A stretch of 64,000 nucleotides of DNA. It comes from Octopus sinensis. Its lineage: Eukaryota. Below are positions 24,285 to 35,839 of this stretch, piece after piece; the stretch's first letter is position 1, and every line of letters begins with the position of its first letter. Under the pieces are notes generated by a model. That model was not told the DNA's origin and searched no databases. It saw only the letters and a list, made by a program, of their open reading frames with translations. The stretch is taken from assembly GCF_006345805.1 (NCBI RefSeq), contig NC_043006.1, positions 3,224,001-3,288,000 of the forward strand, in the 5' to 3' direction. Made by a program: the position numbers and the translations under genes.

Positions 24285-24820
24285 CTGGAACCACGTGGTA
24301 CAATCATCAAGTCGAAAAACTAGTGAAATCGGAGAAATGTAAGATTTTGTGGGATTTTCCTATTCAAACGGACAAGAAATTAGAAAACAACAGAGCAGAC
24401 TGAACGATTTTAAAGAAAAGCGAAGCTGCTTACTTATCGACCTCTCATACCCGTTTGATTACAGAATCGTAAAGAAAGAGGAAGAAAAATACAACCCCTT
24501 GAAATTTGAAATAGGAAGAAGTTGGAGCATGCCCATAATAATTGGTGCGTTGGGAACAGTAAGCCAAGATATAGACAAATGACTGAAGGAGATTAAAAAT
24601 AGTGTACACGGTAGAGCTCCTACAGAAAGTTTGTCTCTTAGGGAGAGCAAGAATTATCAGGAGAGTTCTAGCACTTGAAACACTGCGGAAAACTTGTGGA
24701 TACCTAAGGTTACAGGTAGTAACCCACTGTCCACATAATCCCTACTAGGAATAAGACCGAACCTAAGATAGATCAAAATAATAATACTAATACTAATACT
24801 ACAACTAATAATAATAATAA
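24285..24820 (+). mobile_element. R4/Dong-like RLE LINE 3' end with (TAA)n tail
   Basis: KILWDFPIQTD...LLIDLSYPFD..KEEEKY..L...PIIIGALG restriction-like endonuclease domain. Confidence 0.85.
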
Positions 24821-24859
24821 ACATGAAGAAGAATTACGCTAGAAGGGACAACACAATCA

Positions 24860-25165
24860 ATTCCATGTCGATACAATAGAAGTTGCTGGAAAACAGAGGT
24901 GGGGGGATTGGCTGATGAAAGGAACATTAGAAAAAGAGAGCGAAAGCAGCACTATACTGGAGGATGAAAGTGAGGAATGTGCAAGTGTCTCCGCTGTGTC
25001 GCCAATGCAGTAGAATGGATGAAAACATTACCCATATCACGAGCGAATGCCTTAGACTTGCCCAAAACCACTACATTGGAAACTGCGCGCAAAATGGGTG
25101 CTTGAGGAGAGGCAAGACGTGGTAGTAGCACAAACTGTGGGGTGTGGTGGAGTCGGAGATTAGCA
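24860..25165 (+). mobile_element. R4/Dong-like LINE fragment (CCHC knuckle region)
   Basis: WLMKGTLEKESES...LCRQC....ENITHITSEC..LA. Confidence 0.7.
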
Positions 25166-25204
25166 AATAAAAATAATAATAATAATAATAATAGTGATAA
25201 TAAT

Positions 25205-25425
25205 ATTCCTTTCTAGTATAAGCACAAGACTTGGAATTTGGGGAGAGTGGACTAGTCAATTACATTGGTACTTACTAGTCGATTAAATTAGTACTTAATT
25301 TATCAACCCCGAAAGGATGAAAAGCAAAGTCGACCTCGACGGAATTTGAACTCGGAGCGTAGCGGCAGACGAAATACTGCTAAACATTTCATCTAGCGTG
25401 CTAACGATTCTGGCACCTCCCCGCC

Positions 25426-25426
<1 letters not shown>
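25205..25426 (-). mobile_element. SINE family B
   Basis: Matches 50963-51197. Confidence 0.85.
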
Positions 25427-25477
<51 letters not shown>

Positions 25478-26603
25478 TAACAACAACAACAACAAGAGTA
25501 GCAAAGAGAAACATGAATGCATTTTGATATTTCTTTGTTGTTTAATGTTGTGTTAATGGGGCGTGTAATAAAGTCAAACAACGAAGCAGTTTATAGTTTT
25601 TAGATAGGTATACCAACTGCTGTGTGTATCTCATAACTGCACAAGCACAAACGTAACAGAGAATTATTCCCGTAGCTTGATTCAACTAATTTATAGGAAA
25701 CAATAGCATAACGACGATTAATAACTTGTAAGTAAATAGCACTACAATAAAATTCATTCTGTTCATTCATATATAACCGCGTTAAGAACAATAGAAATCG
25801 GTGAAATATACTAGCATGATAGAAACTCCAAATAGGTTCGCAATAATATAATTTCAGGCTAGGTTTGAGAGGCATAAAGGAAACAATGAAGTACTAATGA
25901 TAAATAAAATTGCAGTTGTGACTATTCTGTAAGATTATTCATTGGAAGTAAAATCAAGACAAGGGTCGTATTTAGCAAAATATGGAGGCAAACGTGCCAT
26001 AAGATTTAGCCATGATTGATACGTTAGATAGAAACTTGGAGGTGGGTGATGACGTCAATGTGACGTAATAAACATTTCAGTCATATAAGGGCATAATTTA
26101 CCACAGAGTCTGACTGAGTCATGCGATGGTGAAACTATTTGACAGATTGTTGCAAAGTGTTTCATTATACAGACCACAGCCACATACATCCTTCATTTAT
26201 ACACGTACACGCACTCACCAGGCACAGACACACACGAGAGCGCGCGTACACACACACTACGCACACACATACAAAGACACACAAACATGCACACATACAT
26301 AAACAAACATATAGGTATATATGTATGTATATATATCATATATACACCCACACCCACACACAGACATGTATGCATCTACATACATACATGCACACATATA
26401 TATAAATATATATAAATATTGTAAGATACAAATAAAATGATAATATATTTTCGGATGCGGAGATACCCTTAGAACAGCCGAAATATTGTTTAAATTACTC
26501 TTACAAAGCGAAATAATTTGTGAATAAAGAGTCATGGGACACATACACACATTAATTCACATATATATATATATATATACACATACTCACATGCGTGTAT
26601 ATA

Positions 26604-26657
<54 letters not shown>

Positions 26658-26794
26658 GTATATAAATATATATACATATATTATATATTGACATACATAT
26701 ATATATATACCAGTATACACACACACATATACACACAGACATATATATATATATATATATATAATATGCCTTATTTATATATATATACAATATA

Positions 26795-26833
<39 letters not shown>

Positions 26834-26841
26834 CATATATG

Positions 26842-27290
26842 GGTACAGGACGTCACCAACAGTAAACTACATGAAATACGAAAACAAATGAGTTAAATAC
26901 GCAAACAGCGAGAGAAAAAATGAAAAACAAGACGAGTAATACAAAAAATAGAAAGAACGACCCTTCATCAGTTGTCGGCTGTCTATCAGCTCCCCATTTC
27001 GAGAAATCAAAGACAACATGAGTATTCAAAGACAGTTGCTCCCATGAATACCAAAATAGATTTTCGATTTATAGAGGGCCAAATTTGGGAACAAAAACAG
27101 GACAGCGGAGACGTACAAGGAAACCGAACGAAAACAAACATGGGGGTCGTTTGACTTGAAGGAGGGGAAAATAGTGAACGTTGAGAGAAATATTTTCTTT
27201 GAAAAGAGTAAAGATAGAAGAGAGAGATAGCAGACGTCTAGTCCTTTTAACGTCCGTGCAGGAAAAGAAAAGACGTTCTAAGGACTGGAC
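26842..27290 (-). mobile_element. (TA)n-associated non-coding element (PLE pLTR-like), copy C
   Basis: Ends gacgtcctgtaccc before (TA)n; same architecture as copies A and B. Confidence 0.55.
26959..27080 (-). ncRNA. Putative hammerhead of non-standard topology, copy C (G at position 17, probably inactive)
   Basis: Stem III ctcat/atggg; stem I ttgtc/gacaa; stem II gag/ctc; GAAA; CUGAUGA; closing helix ggccct/agggtc. Confidence 0.55.
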
Positions 27291-27309
27291 ATCTCCTACC
27301 TCTCTCTTC

Positions 27310-27617
27310 TATCTTTTCTCTTTTCAAAGACTCAAACAACTTCCGGTGGTGCATATTTTGTTTGTCACAATCCACCGATAGTTCTTGTTGACGAACAACG
27401 GCAGTAATTTTATTCAGCTGAATACACGTCATTGATTGGTTGAAATTACCGAAATACGACAACTTTAACACGAAATAACTTTGAAAATATAAACTTTTCT
27501 CAACAAAACTAAGAGTAAAAAATGTTTTATATGACATATTCGACCAGTGTCCGAAGTTTGAAAGTGTTTAGTTACAAAAAATAATTTCTCGATCTGCTGT
27601 TCAAAGGGAAGGGTTCC
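27310..27617. mobile_element. Diverged partial relative of the 17129-17545 MITE
   Basis: Shared acgtcattgattggttgaaatt...ttttctcaa...atgttttat...agtttgaaagtgtttagttac. Confidence 0.7.
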
Positions 27618-27663
27618 AAGAAAAGAGATGAGCAAGAAATAAACGATTATCTTATGAACTTCA

Positions 27664-27749
27664 TTAGGTTACAGCTGTTTCCGCTATGAAATGTGGTGGA
27701 CTCATAGTTGAGTGCTTTGGTAACACCTTAAGTCTTCATCAGAGCCTAA
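27664..27749 (-). ncRNA. Hammerhead-like motif with canonical core and large domain II
   Basis: ttaggct-CUGAUGA-(~54 nt)-GAAAC-agct-GUA-acctaa. Confidence 0.5.
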
Positions 27750-27850
27750 AAAAAACCAAAAAAAAAAACCGCTTGGTTCGTTCGTATATGGACAGATAAA
27801 AAGACAGCAGACAACTGCAGAGAGGTAGATAGATAGATCAAGAGAAGGAT

Positions 27851-27929
<79 letters not shown>

Positions 27930-28512
27930 TAGATAGATAGATTGATTCAAGTGTTTAGAGCATCTCTCTTACATGTATACTTCGCATGAATTGGATACAA
28001 TGCCGAAGAAAGTGTTTCGTAGAATGACATAGAAATAGAAAGCTGCGGGAAAGGGACAGATAAATGGATAGATAGAAAGAGAGGGAGAGAGAGAGAGAGG
28101 GGGAGGATAGGGGAGAAAGATTAGGGAGAAAGAGATGAGCAAGAACGAAAATGGAAACGGATATAATAATACCGAATAATCGGCTCATTATGATTGGTTG
28201 GAGGGTGACGGATGAAGGGACATTTCAGGGACAGGTTACGTAAAGTGTGGAGGTTTCGTGACATTTAAGAAGTAAACAAAACTATACTATTGTATATAAT
28301 TGTCGGTCATGGAAACTAGCTGTGGGCAGAGGGGAGCAGAACGAAGGGAGTGCGCAGTTACTGAGGAACATATACACACACACACACACAGGCACACAGG
28401 CACACACACACACACACACACACAGTTAGGTGCAGCGTGTGTTTACATTCTTATTATGTATTGACATATGTGCCACTATTTCCCATTTTATATGTACAAA
28501 TACACACACATA

Positions 28513-28549
<37 letters not shown>

Positions 28550-28611
28550 TTATACGCTTCCTGTCTTTACCGTCCCTCATTCTCCCTATTAACTCTTATA
28601 TATCTCTCTAC

Positions 28612-28674
<63 letters not shown>

Positions 28675-28681
28675 CTATCTA

Positions 28682-28766
<85 letters not shown>

Positions 28767-28767
28767 C

Positions 28768-28801
<34 letters not shown>

Positions 28802-28901
28802 NNNNNNNNNNNNNNNNNNNNNNNNNNNNNNNNNNNNNNNNNNNNNNNNNNNNNNNNNNNNNNNNNNNNNNNNNNNNNNNNNNNNNNNNNNNNNNNNNNN
28901 N
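28802..28901. other. Assembly gap (100 N) following (TATC)n
   Basis: Directly visible. Confidence 1.
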
Positions 28902-28945
28902 AATCTAAGCAGTTAGTTTGCTCGAGTGCTTGTGGACCATTTACT

Positions 28946-28994
28946 ATGGGCTGCAAGGCCTGCTTTGCTTCGTGTCACAAAACTACAATGAGAG
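28946..28994 (+). CDS. Candidate first coding exon MGCKACFASCHKTTMR
   Basis: Kozak actATGG; donor GAG|gtaagg; unique, more GC-rich context. Confidence 0.4.
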
Positions 28995-30662
28995 GTAAGG
29001 TTTCCATTTAGAGGAGCAGCGTTTCGCCTGCGTACCTTCAAATATATATCTATATTTAAAACTGGATGAGGTTTTAGAACCTCACATGTGGATTTGTGGT
29101 GCGTATAAGCATTCTTGTTTGTATCGCTAGCGGGAGATAATTAACTGCCGTTGCCGCCGCCGGGACTACTAGCCCACGTAATTTCGGCATTCTTTCGCTT
29201 TGTCAATGGTAGACGCCCAAAAGCTGGAAATAGAAGCGATTACCCTGCTAGCAATATATATAGAATTGCACTACATAATCAGGCCCTGGTGTTGCAAATA
29301 GCCATTGGGCTTATTAAAAAATAATTAGCAGCGACTGAAACAGTATTAAAGGTAATATTTATCACCACTCAATAATGGATGTTATATTGGAATAAAGAGT
29401 ACTGCGAATGTTAGCATGTAAAAAGCGCTAGTGGTACATATAAGCACCCTTTTCTCTCTCTGTCTATCTCCCTCCCTATATATATACATTTTAGAATAAC
29501 ACCTACGCAAATTATATAAGCAAAACATTCAAAAGAAATATTTTCATGAATTGAACAGCGACTGCTACCATCCACTGTGGGTCATTTGCTGACCATTCAA
29601 AATACTACTGTCATGGCATTCCCACATTCTTCTTCTCCATCTCCTTCTCCTCCTCCTCCTCCTCCTCCTCCTCCCTCTTCTTCTTCTTCTTCTTCTTCTT
29701 CTTCTTCTTCTTCTTCTTCCCTACCAAGAATTCACAACGCCCTCGAACCCACAAGAGTAAACAAGAGAGACAGAGACAGGCAGAAACAAGGAAAATGCCA
29801 CTTATATTTGAACATTATACAAATATTCTTTTAAAAAAACTTTTCTTTTAATTTTCCTAAATTAATTGTTTAATTGTTACAGTTGAAAAAGTCTCAATGA
29901 CTGAAACCGGTACTGAAATGTTTTTTATAAAATTATTTTTGCATTTTCTATCTTGATTTTTTTCCTCATATATATATATATACACATGCACACACATACA
30001 TATATACATGAACATACACACACATATATGTAAGTACGCATGTGCGTATAACATCCATAATCGTACCTTGACAAATTCCTCCAAGACATACCAGACAAAT
30101 CACTAACACTTGGATATATCTTGACAAACAGTTCTCTACTCTATTAGGTTATAATGTGCTAAAGCGTAAGTCAAAAGACTACTCCAGGGTGTGCTATTAA
30201 GTCAGATAGGGCCTGAACAAATAACTGTCAAAGTTTTTATTTCTAACTTGTATAAGTTGAGGTTTTTGGATGAGTGAATTGTTTAAGGAGTCCATTTGTG
30301 CGTATGTGTTAAGTTTGCGCTTATATAATGGATCTACGTATCATTTTAATATACAACTGTGCGCACTTCATTACTATTTAAGTATATTTGTGTTCCTCTG
30401 GTGTGTCTATGCACACAATCACATGTTTACATTCATAAGTGTATATGTTTAGTTTAGGAATTTTTAATGAAGAATCCCTGCAGTATTTTATTTGAAGAAT
30501 GGGAATCAGTTAATTTTTTTTTTCTCGGGTCGACTGTTCCGCTCAAATGTAACTTTCAAGGAGACATTCAATAATATATCGCAATTCTTACAGTAAAATC
30601 ATGAAAATATAAAAGTAATGTTGGTGACGTCCAAGTCAAATTTAATTTAAAAGAAATGTGAA

Positions 30663-30843
30663 GGCGTGGTTGTGAGGTAAGAAACTTGCCTCATAACCAC
30701 AGGGTTCTGGGTTCAGTACCACTGAGTGGCACCTTGGGCAAGTGTCTTCTACTATAGCCTCGGACTGACCAAAGCCTTGGGTGTGCATTTAGTAGGAGGA
30801 ATCTGAAAACCCGTTGTATATATGTATATATATATGCTGCTAC

Positions 30844-30899
<56 letters not shown>

Positions 30900-31095
30900 C
30901 ATGTATGTGTATGACTGTGTTTGTTTTTTTGGTGTGTGTCTTTGTATCTGTGTATATCTCCCACCAGTTCGGCAAAAAGGTGCAATAGAATAAGCACCAG
31001 GTTTTAAAAAGCACTGGGGTCGATTCTTTTCACTAAAACTTTTTCAAGGAGGTGCCCCAGCATGGTCGCAGTCTAATGACTGAAATAAGTAGAAG
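30663..31095 (+). mobile_element. SINE family A, decayed
   Basis: gggttcagtaccactg..ggcaccttgggcaagtgtcttctactatagcc. Confidence 0.85.
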
Positions 31096-31514
31096 ATACA
31101 AAAAAAGGTATCAGATGGCGAATAATAATAATATATAGTTTTGTGGATATTTGTTTGAAGACATACATACACAGGTAAGACATACATACACAGGTAAATA
31201 TAAGAGAAACTAAAGAGAGGTAATTGCATAATAGGTTTTAGAGGAGGAGGGAGGTTCGATTTCTGAAAACATCATAAATATAAAATCCCCTACAGTTAGC
31301 CTCTTTGTCTGTCATTGATGGAGCTATTAAACAATCGATATCTCATCTTTTGCAGTTAGTAAAGTAACCCAAGCTATAACAATATCATTCTGCTTTCCAT
31401 TGATATTCTGTTATTAGAAACATCTATGCAAGATGTTTTCTCGAAACGAATACCGCTGTTTTTTGGCTTTCTACATTATATCCAAGTTAAATAAAATAAT
31501 AAGAAAGCTATTTT

Positions 31515-31557
<43 letters not shown>

Positions 31558-32175
31558 ACACACACACACACACACAGAAACTCATGTGCATGCATATGTA
31601 GATTTAATGATGTAATCTAGAATACATGTGGGAATACAGAATATACATGCAAAGCACATTAAGAAATTCGTATATCATTATCAAAATGTTTATTTTAATA
31701 TTAATACGGGTGCTGCTTAGTGTAATTTGAATGTATTCCTACATATATATTACATTATAATTATCAGAGTCCTGGCTTTGTTTCTAACGGACTCTGTAGT
31801 GACTATATTATACGAACGCACACACACTTTCTCTGAGCGATACATTCTGCACAATTGTCTCTAGTTTGTTGCTATTTTTTTCCTTCTGCAGAAAAGACGT
31901 CACTGTTTTAAATCCTACAAAACGTCGAATGGCATTTTGCTTGTCTTAGTCTTCGCTAAAATCTTCGTTTAAATTTGTATATCTTCTATGTTTCTGCTAA
32001 AGCAAAAACGTGGTAGGAGTGTGTCGGCAATTCTGCTTATGAGTGCACCGAAGTTACCTTGGCCGTCAGTTACAAGCTGATGAAAATGTGTGGTGACCTG
32101 GTTTTGTATTTTGTTCTATGGGTTTTTCCTTTCCTCATATCGGAACTTTAAAATTTTCTCACACCTCCGTATATA

Positions 32176-32288
<113 letters not shown>

Positions 32289-32304
32289 TAATAAATGAAA
32301 TAAA

Positions 32305-33170
32305 ACATATGCATATATATAAACATATATGTACGTACCTACCTCTACATGTACATATACACGCATATATGAGTACAGGACACCAAAAGGACGTCGAACA
32401 CAATGAGAAACGAAAACATAGACACAAACCAAAGGAACTGGACATTGTTTTCAAAAACAACAAAAAATGGAGTACAGGACAATTAACACAAGGAAAAAAA
32501 CCCTTCTTCAGTCGCTATGGTTTCACCTACTCTACGTTTCGAAGGATAAAAGCAAGACGTATCTTCGACAAGAAACTTTCCTTCCTGCGAAAAGCAAATC
32601 AATTAAAATTCTGAAATCTTTTCGCAGAGGGGTAAAAAATGGTTAAAAAATGGTAAAAAAACAGGACAGTAACGACAGTACAAAAATATAAACAGTAAAA
32701 GACAGGACAGGGAAAAACAAGATAAGAAGGGCTGTTGACGCCGAACGAAAAAAGTATTGCAAACGCAGAACTTTTTGTGAACGACAGGGGAGCAGGAAGA
32801 ATGTCGTCCAGTTACCTTGAAAGGCCAGGCCAGAAAGACAGTCAGAGCGGAAGTATCGTCGCGGGTGGACGACGGGAAGGGGGGAGGAGGAGCAAGAGGA
32901 AGGGAGAGAAGAAGGGAAATGGCTGCGAGGAAACCATGAAGAATTGTGAGGGGGAGAGAGAGAGTGAAGAATGAGAGAGAGAGAGGAAGAGACAAGTTAA
33001 GTAGAGGAAAAAGAAAATCAAAGAATAGGGATGGGACAATGGAATTGTTACTATGAAGCACTGTATAGATTATATTGTATAAAAGATCGTAGGTAAGGCT
33101 AGAACAATGCGGCGAAGTAAATGCAATGCGAATCACAAGAAAACAAATATATGAATTAATGTAGACTTGC
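32305..33170 (-). mobile_element. (TA)n-inserted non-coding element (PLE pLTR-like), copy B
   Basis: Colinear with 4679-5060; purine-rich plus-strand interior like 8500-9040. Confidence 0.65.
32501..32631 (-). ncRNA. Putative hammerhead ribozyme of non-standard topology, copy B
   Basis: Stem III tacgt/acgta; GUC triplet (C17=32556); stem I ttgct/agcga; stem II gaagga/tccttc; GAAA; CUGAAGA; closing helix ccct/aggg; hairpin ctgcgaaaag/cttttcgcag. Confidence 0.72.
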
Positions 33171-33174
33171 TTTG

Positions 33175-33268
33175 CATTCAGTATTTCGGGGTTATGACCC
33201 CATCCTTTGGAAATTAACGAATTCGTTAATTTCCAGAGGATGGGGTCATAACCCCAAAGTATTGAATG
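33175..33268. repeat. 94-bp spacerless imperfect palindrome centred on gaattc (33219-24)
   Basis: Directly visible. Confidence 0.95.
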
Positions 33269-33336
33269 TGTGTGTGTATGCGTGTGTGTGTGTGTGTGCA
33301 TACATACATACATACATACATACATACATACATACA

Positions 33337-33369
<33 letters not shown>

Positions 33370-34577
33370 TACACATACATGCTCATATATAGGTAATTTT
33401 ATAAGAGTGCTTTCTGCATGAAGAACACAATTACACGTAGACTACTGTATTTATCCGAGAAAATGAAATGTTTAGTGGACTGAGCATAGCACCATTAACA
33501 AATGACCACAGTATTCTGATTAATAACAGTAAGACTAAATTTTTATAATATATAAGTGCTGCAGAGATGATGGTTTGTAGCTCCGGGGATTTAATCCAGA
33601 GGAACATAGTCATCAATGATATATTCAGATCTGAGTTTGCAGGTGGCTAGCAGAATTCCGATGTTGAAAAAGAGATCGTCGAGTCAGAAGTTCAGAGTGA
33701 TTTACACCTTCCTTTCTAATCTTAAGAGTGTAGTGAAATATAAAAACCATAACCTATTCCCTGTTTTCAAATGGAATCACTGAGATACTCTGCTCTAACA
33801 AAAATCTCCAGCCATCATCCCTTTCTGGGATTAATAGAGGTGATTTATGAATTTAACTCCCTGAGAACATTTCGCAAAACTTCCCAGTTTGCAAGAGAGA
33901 ACAGTCGAAAGATCCACAAATACACTGTTGTTCATTACATTTCTCCTGAATCCTGTTGATGCGCTTCTGTCTTCTAAAAAAGCTCTACAGTTACTGTGCT
34001 GTACCCTCCTCTGAGAACAAAAGGACCTGTTCCGTTTTTGTTGCTGGTGACAATGTTAGCAACATTCCATTGTTGAACAATAAATTCGAATGATGTACTG
34101 ATGAAGCAGTCTTGTCCACGGGTGACCACCTTCCTTTAATATCTTTGCTGGAATGCTGCTAACGTTACACAGTCTAAACCATGTAAAGTTTCCCACACTC
34201 TGGACGTCCATGGTACATCTTCCATTTACAATCGATTTGTTTATTCCAGAACAAATAATGCTCCTATTGACTGGCTCCTGATGTTTGAAGATAAAGTGTT
34301 AAGGCTTACGGTAAGCAAATTAGTTGCTCCGGTTTTCTCTATCTACTGCAATTGTTGAGTATATAAACTGATTCCGTACTTGTTTCTCTGAGGCTGCTTA
34401 AATTGAGAAGTGGAGATCGATGTAATCAACTTATTCCTTCTCTAAAATTGCTGGTTTTATGCCAAAAAATGTAACGAATGTAATAACCAATCAATTACTG
34501 CTATAATTTCTAATATACCACCTTCAAAATGGGGCGCTTCGCGAGTCTGAAGTTAGAAATGTTGATTTATTTTAATC

Positions 34578-34578
<1 letters not shown>

Positions 34579-34674
<96 letters not shown>

Positions 34675-34701
34675 GTAGTAGTAGTAGTAGTAGTAGTAGC
34701 G

Positions 34702-34778
<77 letters not shown>

Positions 34779-34800
34779 GGTGGTAGCAACAACAACAGCG
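34579..34800. repeat. Compound (TTA)n(GTA)n microsatellite
   Basis: Directly visible. Confidence 0.95.
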
Positions 34801-34986
34801 GTACATCGCGATCGGCAACTACGGTTACTCATGCTACTTAAACATAGATCAACCATGTTTGTTCAATCTTTTGTCATTTCACAAATTCAGAACCATCTAC
34901 CCTTTATATAGCAATCGAGTGTATGATTTGAGGGCATTTTGATTGCTTTTTTCTAACAAGTTCCATCAGTGACAAAACGCAGACTC

Positions 34987-35160
34987 ACTCTCTCATATGG
35001 TTCAGACAGGTGATCTGGTGACGTTTGTACGTCATGCACCAACACATACCTGACAAGTGTTGCGCATAAAAGCACTCTCTCATATGGTTCAGACAGGTGA
35101 TCTGGTGACGTTTGTACGTCATGCACCAACACATACCTGACAAGTGTTGCACATAAAAGC
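34987..35160. repeat. Tandem duplication of 87 bp with one mismatch
   Basis: 34987-35073 matches 35074-35160. Confidence 0.95.
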
Positions 35161-35666
35161 AAAGAAAAAAATATATAAATAAAAAAGAAAGGTATTAAAA
35201 TAATCCCGAACAGATTTTTTTGTCTTTGTACAGAAATGGCATGAGAGTTTCCCATGTCAGAGTACGAATATTGAAATTTTAATAGCTTGTTTCATTATTT
35301 CATATTTGCTTTTGTTTTGCCTAAAATCAAGCCAAGCTTATGATCAGACAGGCACATAATAACAACTATTTTAATGTTGTATTTGTCTTTCATATCTCAG
35401 TGTTTGATAATAGCATTCTTAGTTATGACGAGTCATTCACCAGTTTATTGCCTTTGTTAAAGTAAAAGTTGAAGTTGGTGTGTGTACTTCGGTCGCCTTC
35501 ATTCGCTGACGCTTACATCCTTCGGTGATATGCACTATTGAAAGTAATATCTGAATCTTCACATATCTATCTTATAGTTCCTCTCTTTTTTTTGCATGTC
35601 CGTTTCTCTGTATCCCCTTCTCTTTCTATACTCACACTCACACACACACACACACACATACACACA

Positions 35667-35712
<46 letters not shown>

Positions 35713-35839
35713 TTTAAATATATGCATATATCTGTGTGTGCATTTATGTAAGTATAATATATGTATGTGCGTTTATAAAATTAGATTAGCCCTCAAGAGG
35801 GGACTGGATGGTTTAAGCTGCTAGAAAATAGTAAGAATA

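Noticed and set aside
33430-34330. Coding-like composition, also at 7360-7610 and 16200-16560
   Set aside because: No sustained frame or diagnostic motif; probably old transposon debris.
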